Assembly (NCBI RefSeq): GCF_009914755.1
Contig: NC_060935.1
DNA: 64,000 nt
DNA from: the human T2T-CHM13v2.0 reference genome, Homo sapiens
Strand: one strand, 5' to 3'
Part shown: positions 27,776 through 40,385 of the stretch, piece by piece
Layout of the letters: each line of letters opens with the position of its first letter
Position numbering within the stretch: position 1 is the stretch's first letter
The notes under the pieces: model-generated
Seen by the model: the letters and a program-made list of their open reading frames with translations, nothing else
Database searches by the model: none
Told to the model about the DNA's origin: nothing
Program-made: the position numbers and the translations under genes

Positions 27776-30700
27776 GCAACGACGTGAAGTTTTTACCATG
27801 GAAAGGCAGACAGAGAGAACAACTTTAACTTCTGCTCATTGGTAGGCTGATCAGAGGCCGTCAATGTCAGGGCAGGTAGGGTCAATACCGGGTCAGAAAG
27901 ATAAACCTACTACAACAGCAGACTTGTTTCCAAGAAAGCTACTTAGTCGTCACACATGAACACAGTAGATATCCTAACAAGATACTAAGAGCTATTTCTG
28001 ACATGAAGACTAAGAATAAAACTGTTTTGATCTATTAAGTGACCTACTGTATGATGATAAACATTCCAAAATGTCTAAATGGCTAAAAATAAAACCTTGC
28101 TTGACCACAACCAAGAGGCCTAAGACATCATCACTGTCTAGATAAAGAATGTCTATACTACAGTGGTGGTTTATTTTTTTTCCATCATATTAAATTCAGA
28201 AACATCTCTTAAATGTTCCTCATTAACTGAACACATTATTCGATTCTGTGCTACCTTTCAAAATAGCTCTTTTAGCTAGAAATGAGAAACAAGAAGTCAT
28301 ACCAGATATCAGTTCGATAATTAAGTGAGTTCACCAATATTTCAGACAGAGGGAAATAAATGAAACCCACTGATCTTTGTTACTAGAAGTATCATGATTT
28401 TTATCACATATTTAACCAAAGAACTAGGTACCTTAAATGCCAGTTACAAAAATAAATTGTATTTGGTTCTTAATTAAGTCTTTATCATCGTGTTTAAAAA
28501 AAAAAATTTAGCCCTGGGGTTTAGATTGTCATTTTATACAAAAGCAAATGGTAAATGCCTTTCTACATGCGAAGCCATTAGATATAATTATGCAATGGGT
28601 AAAGTGTGTATCACACTATAAATGTCATTTGGTTTTACAGTTATAAACTCATCAACATTTATCAAAACATCGCCTGGAGAAAGAATGAGATGGCTATAGC
28701 TCATGATAAATTCAATGCCATCTTTGAAGATACATGACAAAGGAGTGTCACAGTAAACACACACTGACATTACATACTAGAGTGTTGGTCTTCATACCCA
28801 TTAAATAGAAGTTGTGTTCTCTCCAGAAAAGTCCCCCAACCACAGTACATTTTGGTGGGTTTCAAGATCTATTTTCCTCCCTGAAAATCACACTTCCTAC
28901 CCGATGCTTTTCAACATTGACATAAGGTGTGCATAATTCCAGCCAACTTCTGCAGGTAAAGGAGCATGTGAATTCATCTAGATAAGCTTTAGGGTTTGAT
29001 TTCAATTGCTTATTCAACCACAAATCTTAGTGCTTCTTAGTTAGTAATCTCTTAATGGAGTTCTGTTCAAATGGAAACACAGAGACTATTCCTGCTAGGT
29101 TCCCTTTAGACAACAGGGGTTTGTTTCCTATTTCTTGCTCTGAATCACGGAATGGCACAGGTGCTTAAGCACGAGCACCAGGCTCTGCCCGCACACTGTG
29201 TTAACAGTTCTCCTTTCTGAGTGCCATTTCACTATCCCCATCAATCTGGTAGTTATCGCCCAGGGAGATTTGTCCCTTGAAAAACAAAATGGCTGGGCTT
29301 AAAAAAGTCTACTTCTTCCCTTGTCCGCATTTCAGTTTCATACAACTTGTTAATACAAAATCTTGACAATGGTCCAGGGTAATAATGCCATTGGCAATGT
29401 TTCTGTCAGAGCCACTCCTGGCCTTTGCAGCACGGTGCTTAAAAACTGGGGGAGACAAGACAACAGCAACAACGAAAACTGGGAGAAATAATCACTAGCT
29501 CTTGAACGTGTAGTAAAGAAGGTAGAACCACAGGACGAGATTTTGATTTTATATAGTCCTCATAGGATTAATAACTTCATTATATCTTTCTTTACAGGCT
29601 GGATGCTTTAGATATCTATAAATACCGGTATTTCTTGGGTGGGGTGGCAGCCCAGGACCCCGCAATGACATCAGAAGTTCAGATCTTGTGTCTTCCCCCA
29701 GATCTGTCCTGCTTTCACCATAAGCGCTCTCCTTTTGGCCCCATCTTGACTCCTGCCCTGGGTCCTCTACAAAGTCCCTTCCCACGAATTTGTCTCAAGG
29801 CCGTTTGCTGCCATGGTATTTTCAGTTGAGGTAACTGAGGTCTGCAATCAGGATTACATTTCAGCCACTCTAAATGGTCATGCCATTTTCTTAACCAGCT
29901 CAAGAGAAAAAATGAGCATGGAAAAACTTGGGAAAACCCACTCCTTTCAATTTCACAAAAATCCTTCCCCACATTGCGCCACTGCCCAGAATCAGGCCCA
30001 CTAACAGCATGGCATGGCCCCTCCCCGTGGGAGCCACATACAGTCATTTCTCTATGCCTACCTCCTCTCGCTCACGTCCTCTCACCCATGTCCTCCTCTC
30101 GCCCACGTCTTTCTCACCCCTTGGCTGCCCAATCAATTCCAACTCATTTTTCAGATCTCAGTGCAGGTGCGATTTCCTTCAGGAGGCCTTACCTCACTCC
30201 AACCTCCCTAGACAGGCTCGCGACTCACAACATCCTGCCCTTCCCCATCTTAGGACACATAAACTCGTAACATGCTTTACAACGTGACCTTAGGAGATAG
30301 ATGCTTTACTGTTTCCCATCTATGAAATAGAGAGAAAAATTTCTGTCAATTCCATTTGTATGGCATATAAGATTGAAGATAAAAGGTGTACACAGTTCTT
30401 TGGTAGCATAGGGACACATGAATTCAAGATATAATTGTTGGCTCTTTAATTCTACTCTTGTATTTTGCAAGTAACTTATTAAAGAACTAGTGAAGCATAA
30501 CTAAAAATAAAGGTGTTTTTAAGAGATTTTAGAGGGGTTGGAGGGGAGGGAATAGAAATGTATCTTAGTTAAAGGTTCATTTTAACTTCTCTAAGAGGAC
30601 CCAGTAAGCCTTAATAAGGAGAAAAATAAGAATGCGTTAGAGGATAATGGTGCGCTTGCTACTTAAGGTTCCACGTTTCCTGTTTTCCACTAACGGAGAC

Positions 30701-33029
30701 ATATTTTTTTCTTTAAATTCAAGCTGGTCCCATTAGCTGCAATTTTCAATTTACTAGTCTTTTCAAATAGCCACAGAACATCCAGGAAACACAAAAATGT
30801 GTCTATTCCATGACTAAGGTTAACAGAAGCTTAGTTATTACCATTACTTGTATTTAATTTCAAGCTTGCCAACTCATAGCTTCAGAAGGAGAAAAGGAGA
30901 AAACAGGTTATTTAAAATTGATGTGTTTTATCATTACCCATCATTAAAAAATGATGCTGTTGTACCATTTCAGAAGTAGCAGGCAGTGAATATTTAATGC
31001 TTATACTAGTATTTATTAATTTCGCATCTCTACAATTCTTCATAGAATGACTATTTTAAATGACTATGATTTACATTTTTCACAGATGCTCTGGCATTTA
31101 ATTTCCACTTGCAATGCATTTGTATTTGTGCTTAAAAAGCTACCCAGTAACACCTATAAATCGAGGAACTGCTTAAAACAATAGGCACCATCAGGATTAG
31201 GAGGGGGAAAGTCACATGTGTGGGCATTTGTTAAAGAGACAGCATATGGGAGAAGGAAAAGAGGTAGCTGCAGCATGCCACTCACAAATCTCTTTGTAGA
31301 ATACATTAGATGAATGAAACAGAGCCAAGTCAACAGACAAAGCGGCGTGGAGACAGATAGAAAAATATACACAAGAATACACGCACAGATCCTCACAGTG
31401 AAAAATAAAATATTGTATGTAAAGCCATACATATTCATGGTGATTTGGGGAGCATCAATGTTATTTTTGTGTTCTCATTACATCATAAAACTCTGGAGGG
31501 CAAGAACTGTCTTATACAATTAAGTTTCCTTATTTGTCATGTACCTAAAAACTAACTTACAAGTATTTTTATTGACAAATATCTTTCTCTGACAATTAGT
31601 TGTTGATTAGAATGCTGCCAAAAGCCCCGTGGGTACAAATAAGCTGTTTCTACCCTAGATGCTGCTCCAATCATCTCTACACTAAGCCAGCATTCTGGTT
31701 CTCAGCACCCGAAAACCCTTATTTTCCTGCCCTCATACTGTCATCTGTCCCCTGTTTCTTCCCTGCACCAAGCATCCCACTAGCTCTGCAGAAGCGGAAA
31801 AAGAAAAGTCGATCTGTGCCGAACACTAATAAAGACCACATTTTCTCAACAAGATTGCATCCAGTAAATTGCGAGCCCGAGGGCAAAATACAGAATGGGG
31901 AAGGCTTGTCAGCAACGAAACATCTCACAGTTGGTAGCCAAAAGCCAGCTTGAGTAGACGGGAACATATTGCTGACCAGCAACACAATGCCCCACCACAA
32001 AGTAAGCCATAGCAACATCTTTTGCTCCTACAAGTTTCTGTTTTGTTTTGCCTATTAGTATTATTATGCAGCATTGATACCCTGAAAGCTCACATCAACC
32101 ACCAAGCTCTAATGTTGTTACGGAGACTCGATGAAAGCCATGGCTTGACAAAATACACAGGGCTCACAGCTCCCTGAAATGCATGCTAAAGAGTAGGGTA
32201 TGCTTTCTTCTTTAACAACAACAGAATGTGCAGAACACTATCATTAATAATAATAACAACAATAATCTACAGTCCAGTGAAATTATGGGGACTATTCCAC
32301 TAAATGTCAAAATTAAAGCAGATCTTAACTAGTAGAAATGCTAGTTATAAATCCCTTCATCGAATTCAGAGATTAAAACAATACAATTACTAGGGTCGAG
32401 TAATTGTGAAAGATGAGAGGAAAGAAGCTCTTCTATTCTTCATAAAGTTCCTGCTCCAAATAGGTTTTATACGCCATCCTCATGCTTGGTTCACATGAAG
32501 AAGGCTTCTGTTAATGGAGGAGAGACTGCCTTTTGTAATATTTTTATTTTTTCCTCTCATACTCGTCATCAAATGACACTGACTAGGCATTTAGTATAGA
32601 CTAAATGCTGAAACTACCAAAAAGAATAAACTGCATTCCCTTTCATCAAGGACCTTAGGATCTAGCTGTACAGACAGAATAGACAAAAAGAAGAATATGA
32701 AGCCATTTGTGCTAAATACTGAGCAAGTGGTCTAGGCACAAATCTCTGCAGAACTCCTTTCTCTACTGCTTGCCAATGTACTTAATACAAGATTCATCCT
32801 CATCCTCAGTTTCTTCCATCCCTGGTATCAAACTTCCGATGACCATGCCCCTCTCTACCTATCCTGTAATTCCCACCCCTCCCCAATCACATTTTCATCC
32901 CCTGCAGAGAAGCTTATCTCTACAATAAATTCCCTCACCACTATATCCTGTGGATTGCCATGAAACCTTGCCTGATTATGTTGCATAGAAGTGATCATTT
33001 CTGCCTCTTTAAATTCCATGTGCACTGTA

Positions 33030-33150
33030 ATAAAGGGAAAGAATAATAATACCCGCCCTGTGAACTAAGATGAGAAAAAAATATGTAAACACTTCGAACA
33101 GTAACTAGCACATAGAAAATGTTCAGTAAATGTAAGCTATCATTATTACT
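33030..33150 (+). mobile_element. MIR 3' fragment
   Basis: gaataataatacc...atgtaaacacttcgaacagtaactagcacatagaaaatgttcagtaaatgtaagctatcattatt. Confidence 0.65.
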
Positions 33151-33169
33151 AGTCACAGTTTGTTAGAAT

Positions 33170-33940
33170 TGTATGTGGTGGATATAAGCAAGTAAAAGAA
33201 ATAGAACTTAACCTCTAGCAACTCAGGATTTAGTAGGATAGATAAGAAAGGTCTTCATATAACTAGGATAAGGAGCAGGGCATAATAAAGATCATATGAA
33301 TATTTCAGAAAGGACTGGTAGGAGTTAAGAGAGAGGAAGAAGGGCCTTATTTTGTCATTACTATGGAGGGTTCTGAATGCCAGAGCCAGAAATAGAGACT
33401 TTATCCTATAGATGTTGAAAAATGACTGAAGGTAGTTAGAAGTCGATGAGTATAGAGGGAACAGGGTAAAGAGGTACCACATTCCACAGTGTATTCCACG
33501 AAGAACAATTCTACAGAAGTTTGTAAGAAGGACTGAATGTTGTGTGATAAGGGTGGGAAATGCGGACCATGAAAGTAAAAAGACTAGCGAAGAGGTTACT
33601 GGAGCATTGCCAGGCAAGTCAATGCTGGCCTGAACCAGGGAGGGAGGAGCAGCAGTCTCCACAGGAAAGATCAGATCCTAGAATTACAAGGAAGGAGTTT
33701 ATACAATGTGGTTGATCACAAAATGGTGGTGAGAGAGGATGGAGGGAATAAAGGAAAATGCCAAGATTGAGTCTGGAGGACTAGGACTTACTGCCGAAGA
33801 TGGGAAGCCTGGAGGACGTGGGCAGGGAAAAGTAGATAATGTGTTCCACTAGCTGGATGGTGTGTAGGACTACATTTTCCAAGTGAGCTCAAGGGTGAAG
33901 CTGCAGATTTGGGAATCACCCAAATCAAGATGACAGTTGA
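33170..33940 (-). mobile_element. L2 fragment(s)
   Basis: Degenerate purine-rich L2 antisense (gactttatcctatagatgttgaaaaatgactgaagg; gaagaggttactggagcattgccaggcaag; ctgcagatttgggaatcacc). Confidence 0.55.
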
Positions 33941-36900
33941 GTCAGACCTTCAGAGACCACTGGTAAGACGATCCTGTCCCTAAGAATGTCATCCTCTCCA
34001 ATCCCACATTCCACTAGCCCTTTGTGGACAGACCCTTTAACAACCCATAAGTCAGAAAACTAGACTCATTAGCACTTATTTCTAATTGTAATATATTAAG
34101 TAGACGTTTCAAGGTTGCAAAAATGGATTTGGGGGTATAGTCAATGCCTACCAATGGGTTGTCAAGTGAAATCAGATACTTAACATTTTTACCCACCTCC
34201 TCCCCAACCAAATATTTCACAAAGACCATGTAAGAGCAAAGTTTCAGGCTAAGAAAGGGGAATTATCCTGTACACAGTCCCAATTTTCTCCTGAATATCC
34301 AAGATCTACTTTATGCTATAATTGCTTTTCTTTTCTAAATGAAAAACAGTTAAAACCCCAGGGATTTGTACAATAGATTCTGTATTAGATAATGCAAAGA
34401 GATTTTGTTCTTTCATTTTACAAGTTATAGGTGAAAACTGAACTCTTCCCTTTTCTAAAGAAAAACATTTAAGGGCTGGGGAAACTGTTACAACTCTTCA
34501 GATTTTATTGTGCTATGAAATACCTTTAATGACATAATTCCTCTATGGTAAATGATATCCAAAACAAAAGCTTTTTGTCAAGGATGGGGTGGGGACAAAT
34601 TTATAAAAAATATATGTAATTTTTCACACATACCCAAATATATTAAGCGCAGATCTTGCCATGGGCACCGCATTCAGTTTAATTAGAACAATATTCCTTC
34701 TTACATGTGAAATATTTAGCTCCTACCCAGCTCATCACGCTGCAATGTTCCCCTGTCCCCAAATGAAATTACGGCAAGCCAGTACCCTAGGATGAGTGCG
34801 TGACTCGCATACTGCACAGCTGTAGAAAGCTAAGCCCCTTCTCATCAAAGGACAGCAGACTTGGCCGCAATGCATGCTAACATCAAGCCACTGGATTTAA
34901 TCCAGTTAAATACATGCCTCAATTAGTAAGACATTTGCTATCCAGTTAAGGATGTGAATCTTGAGTTGATAACCTCTACAGACTATCTTATTTCTGTGTT
35001 TCAAAAGTTATAAAGCAAGAGAAACAAAACAGACAGTGTGGTGTGTACAGGAAGCTCATGGATAGTGGGAATAGCTTTAACAAATATACCATCTTTTCTT
35101 TGACTCTATTGGACAATAGAGACTCATCAGTCACAGCCGGTCATCTCATTCTCCCAGAACTTGGTTTAGGTAGTAGATGTAAACATGGCCACAAAATGGA
35201 ATGCCTTTTTCACTCAAATGGAATCTGAGCAGCTTTCTTTCTAGAGGGGTTATAAAAATAAGCTTTTTATGGCTTGCATCTCCAAACTGCTTTATGTGGC
35301 ATAGTGATGAAAAATGCTGGAATTTGTATATAATGTAGCCACCAGATAAGAAAGCAGGAAACAGAAAGAACAGGGGATTAATTGTTAGTCCTACCGAATG
35401 AACTTTACCCTGATAAGGCAATCCAGTCCCTGTAGGCATAGAAGAAGAAAAAATTACAGCACTCTGAATACACAGAGAGTTATTCACATTGTATACAAAT
35501 CAAAGCAGGCCTCCTGCAACAGCTACGACTCAGATCTTCACAGATCCGTGGTGTATCTCCATCAACAGAATTAAACAAGGCAGTCTGTTCCGAGTGGGCA
35601 GCAACATTGCTGACCAGGCTGGCAGACAGGAGGATGTCAAGAAGATACATTTTCTATCAAGATGTGGCTTTATCAACGAGTTTACTTATTTACCTAGGAA
35701 TTTGGTCTTTCAGTGATTAATGACGAGGAATTCTACCATGAGAAGTGACCTATCCTTAATGCGTTCTGCTCAAAAACAGGCAGCTAGAAACTGCACATCT
35801 CCCTAGACAGTTTGTCAATTTCAGCTTCTCAATGGAATAGAAATAAGAGCTCACTAATGACAACTGCGAGGGCTATGGCCCCTCTGGCCTTGACCTAATG
35901 TTAGCTATAAATGGATTGAACTCCCGGTAGATTGGGAAAATCCACCCAACTACAAGACAGAATCTGTTTCTTTCATTATGGAAAAGGGCTACAGAAAGAA
36001 CCACACTGTATCTTTTTGCCTGAGCATTCCTAAAGCTATGGGTCCTGGAAGATGCCTGACCATAGTTGTGTCAAGCTATTCTGAACAGACCTAACAAACT
36101 TATCCAGAGCGTAGGAGGCAGGCTCTTTTGTAGCACAGGGAATGCCCAGGAACTCCCAATAAAAATAATAAATCATGGGAGTATTAATTCAGCCAAAAGA
36201 GTTTAATTTTAGGGAACTGTCCCCCTCAAGACTTGAGCTTAAAGAGAACACTAAGATAAATGCTATTTTTACATCTTGCAGAAAAATAGATTTTTAAAAC
36301 GGGGGCAAAGCCACTTTCAAAACAATTCTCAATTTTTTTAACCATTTTTCTATTATAAATTTTGCATGAATTTATTTCAAAGTTGTTGAGCTTTTAAAAA
36401 TCGTGTGATCCAGCTTAAGATTCTGAATGGCCACCTCCAGTTTCATCTGCCAAATAATGAAACTTGTTCTTCAAGGAAATCATTTAGTTCTATGAGAGTT
36501 TAAAATGAGTCTGCTAAAAAAAAGATGGATCTTCAGATCCAGGGCAAATATGCAGTACAAGGTACACCTTAAGTGGAAATACATGAGCTGTCTATAACTA
36601 CAGCAGTTTTCAATGAAAAAAAGCTTAGTTCCTAATAAATAAAAAGAATGTACTTTTCAGCTAAACAACTGATGTGCAAAAGGTAAGTTTAAAATCATAA
36701 TACTATATTTAATGGCTAACTGAAAAAAAAAAGAACACCATGTCACTGACATTTAATCATGAGGTTAAATAAATAACTGGTTCATTTTTTGTTAGGTGTC
36801 CTTCTGTTTACAACACAATTTAAACTAGCTCTACAAAGTAAAACATGTATCAAAGACACACAAGCCATCCATCTTAGAGTTTTATTGAAAATGTTTGTCT

Positions 36901-36974
36901 AGATTTAATAAGATCCTTCCAGTTCCTTGCTTTATTATTTTTTTTGGTAGACTCTTAATAAAAAGAAGAATTAC

Positions 36975-37215
36975 TGAATAAGTAATGCTGATTACCATGA
37001 ACCAAGTACTATGGTGATGTCTTATATGGATTATCTTTTTGCTATCGTCACAGTAATCCTATGGGATAGGTTCAGTGAGTAATCTTATTTTGCAGATGAA
37101 GAAAATGAGTGGTTATGTAACATGCTTAAGGAAGCACAGCCAAACTGGTACCCAAGCCAGGATTCAAACCCAGCTGCATCTACCCTATGGCTGGAACCTT
37201 TAGCTTCCAGGATAT
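36975..37215 (-). mobile_element. MIR SINE
   Basis: cacagtaatcctatgggatagg...tattttgcagatgaagaaaatgag...gccaggattcaaacccagctg. Confidence 0.75.
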
Positions 37216-38942
37216 TATCTTGTACTTTTGAAAATGTGACGTGATGACCTAGATACATGATTATGAGTAAATGTAAAGGTCAGACCTCATTATTTAAATA
37301 TGAACACAATATAAGAGGCATCTTAAGTTCTGACGACACTATAGTTAGCAACTTGGGTTCACAATCACCAGTGCATTCTTATCACAACACTATAAAAACA
37401 TAGCCCAGAATGCCCACAGCTTTGTTCCCTCATTCATTTCTAGGAAAGTGTTGGCAATTTGCTCTCTGGGGAGCTGTGATGGGAGGACCAATGGTTCTCC
37501 TAGGGTGTTGTTAGAGGAGACAGATGACCAAGGCAGCTCTCCATGGAGGCTGCATTTTGGGTTTCTGGTCAACACATCTTCATACACCAATCGCCTTAAA
37601 TGGTCAAAGTAGCTGAGACAAGAAGGACTATGAATTAGGGAACAGTCAGGATCTTGGCAATTATTTACAGGGGATGGAAGAGGTTATAAATGGGGACATG
37701 CTTATATTAAAATGGAAACGAAAGCTAAGTGGGGTTAAGAAAAAATCCAGGGTTTATAGTAAAATACAGTATTCTACAGAGCATAGAAATTACTGGCCTT
37801 TAACGTACACCAAGGCAAATGGCCCCATGAATCCATCTTTAGCCTCTCTGTGGGCTGAATTATGCTCCACACGATATACTAAAGACAGCCATGAACAGCT
37901 TTTATAGCTTTGATGAATGGCTTTTTAGTTTAGGTTGCATTATGAGAACAAAACAAGTGGTTGTGAATCATAACATTTTATGGGTCTGCTGCTTCATATA
38001 GTTTTCTAAAATTAAGCCTCTAAATTATATTCTGCCCTCATTAGGAAAACAGTCCCTGAAAGAGGAAAGCATTTTAGAGGCTACGCAAAAAGAGGTGATG
38101 GTAGATCTGTGCCTGGAGAGCCTGAAGTATAATTAAATCGATGGGAGCTGAGGAAGAAAGGATAGGTTGGTAGAAGGAAGTCATGTTGCTGCCCAAGAAC
38201 CCAGGGCCAGAAGACAATGACTATAATCAGCTGGAGTTCACTGCCCCTAAGCAAACAAGGTTCAGAGGCCAGCCATTTTCAAATTATAGAAGGTATTGGA
38301 AGGAACGCAGTGAGGGGAAGTCATCCCTGTGTAAAGCCACAGAGGTGGAGGGAAGGGAAGAGGGTCTAAGCAAATCAGTGAGTGTTTACTGAGTATTTAC
38401 CATCCACTGAGTGCTGTTTAAGACCCTATAGGGTTTAAAAAGGCAGCATAAAAATAAAATGAAGTCCATTATCCTCAAAGTAGTTACCATCCAGCCAGGG
38501 AGATAACAGACAGAAAGAAAACAATGCAAGGCAGCAAAAAATTAAATGCCAACTTCCCTGGAAGCTACTAAAGCCACGCCAGACATTCAGGGCAAAGTGG
38601 GATCGGTGCAGAAGACTAGGCAAGGTCTGGGCAAGGCTCCCACAGGGCCCTGTGCCACCTGTCGTAGTGTCTACCATGCTGCTGTAAAGGCCTGGCCTTG
38701 CTTACAAGTCCCCACTACACTGTGAGGTCTCAGTACAGAGGCTTGCCCACCTTGTTCAGCGTGGTATCTCCAGTGCTCAAATGTCTCTTGAATAGGACTG
38801 AATGCAATGGACAAGTGAAGAAAAGCTTTAAGGGATCGGGTCCTAGACTTGCTCCTGAAAAATGGTAAAATTATTGAGGCTGAAAGTGGCGTTCCAGGCA
38901 GGGGGGCCTGTGAGAACCAGGGTGAAGATCTACAAGCCCAGA

Positions 38943-38944
<2 letters not shown>

Positions 38945-39030
<86 letters not shown>
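38945..39030 (+). repeat. Compound microsatellite (CT)23(GT)20
   Basis: Perfect adjacent dinucleotide runs. Confidence 0.98.
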
Positions 39031-39033
<3 letters not shown>

Positions 39034-40179
39034 GTGAGGAGGCAGAGAAAGCAGACGTGGGCAGACAAGAGAAGCACTTGTAGTTTGAAGACTTTCTGCT
39101 CCTAGAAATGGGTCAATTATTTTGTGGCCTAGAGATGATCCAGTATTACATTATTACTAACAAAAATAGATGTGAATTATTTTAATACTACTACTGTCGA
39201 TGTTGTCTGTTGCCAGCAGAAATAATTCCCACACACAGCACAAGAGAAGGGAACAATAGGCTAGCCAGTCCTTTACTAGAATAATGCTCCCGGCTTCCAT
39301 TTCTTTTCAATAGATTTTCATGTCAGTTTCACTGCTCTACTTTACCAATTATTTAAAGGTTATAGTCAGTCAGACAAGGTTTGTCTAAAAAAAAAAAACA
39401 GAAAGGAAAAACGTAAGAGGAAGATAGTTTTCAAAAAGGAATAAAGCACATTCATGAAAGTTTACATACTGTAACCAAGCACAATTCCAAATGTCTAGTT
39501 CCTCCTTTTCTATTTTTTCTTCACCACTACAACCACCCCAGTCACTCTGATTAATTTTTTTTAAAAAAGAAAGAATACAAACATTTTCTAATGCTTTAAA
39601 GTTACAATGTAGGGTGTGCATTAAAGTCAAAGGTATTATGTATTATTTCATGCCCTAATATTTTTGATTTTTAAAGGAGTTTAGTTAAATAACTAATGTT
39701 CTCCTATTTTCAATACGTCTAAGTGGTTAATGCAGGATTTTCTAAGTTCGTTCTTATTAAATGAACTGACCAAAGTCTTTACTTCCTAGTTAAATGGACT
39801 CTATCCAAGAATGCCATGGAAGACAAAGAAATACAGCTGGTTCAGTGAGTCAATCCAACGAAGCATTCACCCTCAGCCTCTGACAGCTCAATCTCAATGC
39901 TGCCTGACAGTATGAAGGATTGCTAATTTCTTATGCTCTCACTGGTGGTTCTTAAATGCTCACCAATGAACCAAATGTTGATCAGTCAATGCCAAGGAAT
40001 CAGAAACCAAATTGCCAACCCCCTGATTTATACAGTCGAAGGACTCAGGAGAGTATGACTTTACCTTTCAGGCTTAAAATCAGATCGAACACTTAGAACT
40101 TACTAAAACGTTTTAATAGACACATTCACACTGAAAACAATTGTGAACACAATTTATAATCTAAAGGAGAAAAACTAAT

Positions 40180-40385
40180 ATAGCTCATAATATGTAAACT
40201 TCGTTGTGTACCTACTCTGTGCTACAAATTGTTCTAAGTACTTTAGATACATTAGTTCATTTACCCTCAATAAAATCCCAATGAAGTAGTAGTCTTATCC
40301 CCATTTTAAGTGAGGAAGCTGAGGCACAGAGAGTTGAATAACTTGTTCAAGGTCACCTGGCTAGTAAGGAGTGAAGTCTGGAATC
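40180..40385 (-). mobile_element. MIR SINE
   Basis: ttatccccattttaagtgaggaagctgaggcacagagagttgaataacttgttcaaggtcacctggctagtaag. Confidence 0.85.

Noticed and set aside
28588-28770. Minus-strand acceptor-like ttctttctccag followed by GDVLINVDEF...
   Set aside because: Short, ends in a stop with no clear donor, and the peptide is unrecognised.
38849-39083. ORFs with SLSLSL/CVCVCV/HTHT/ERER runs
   Set aside because: Translations of the (CT)n(GT)n microsatellite.
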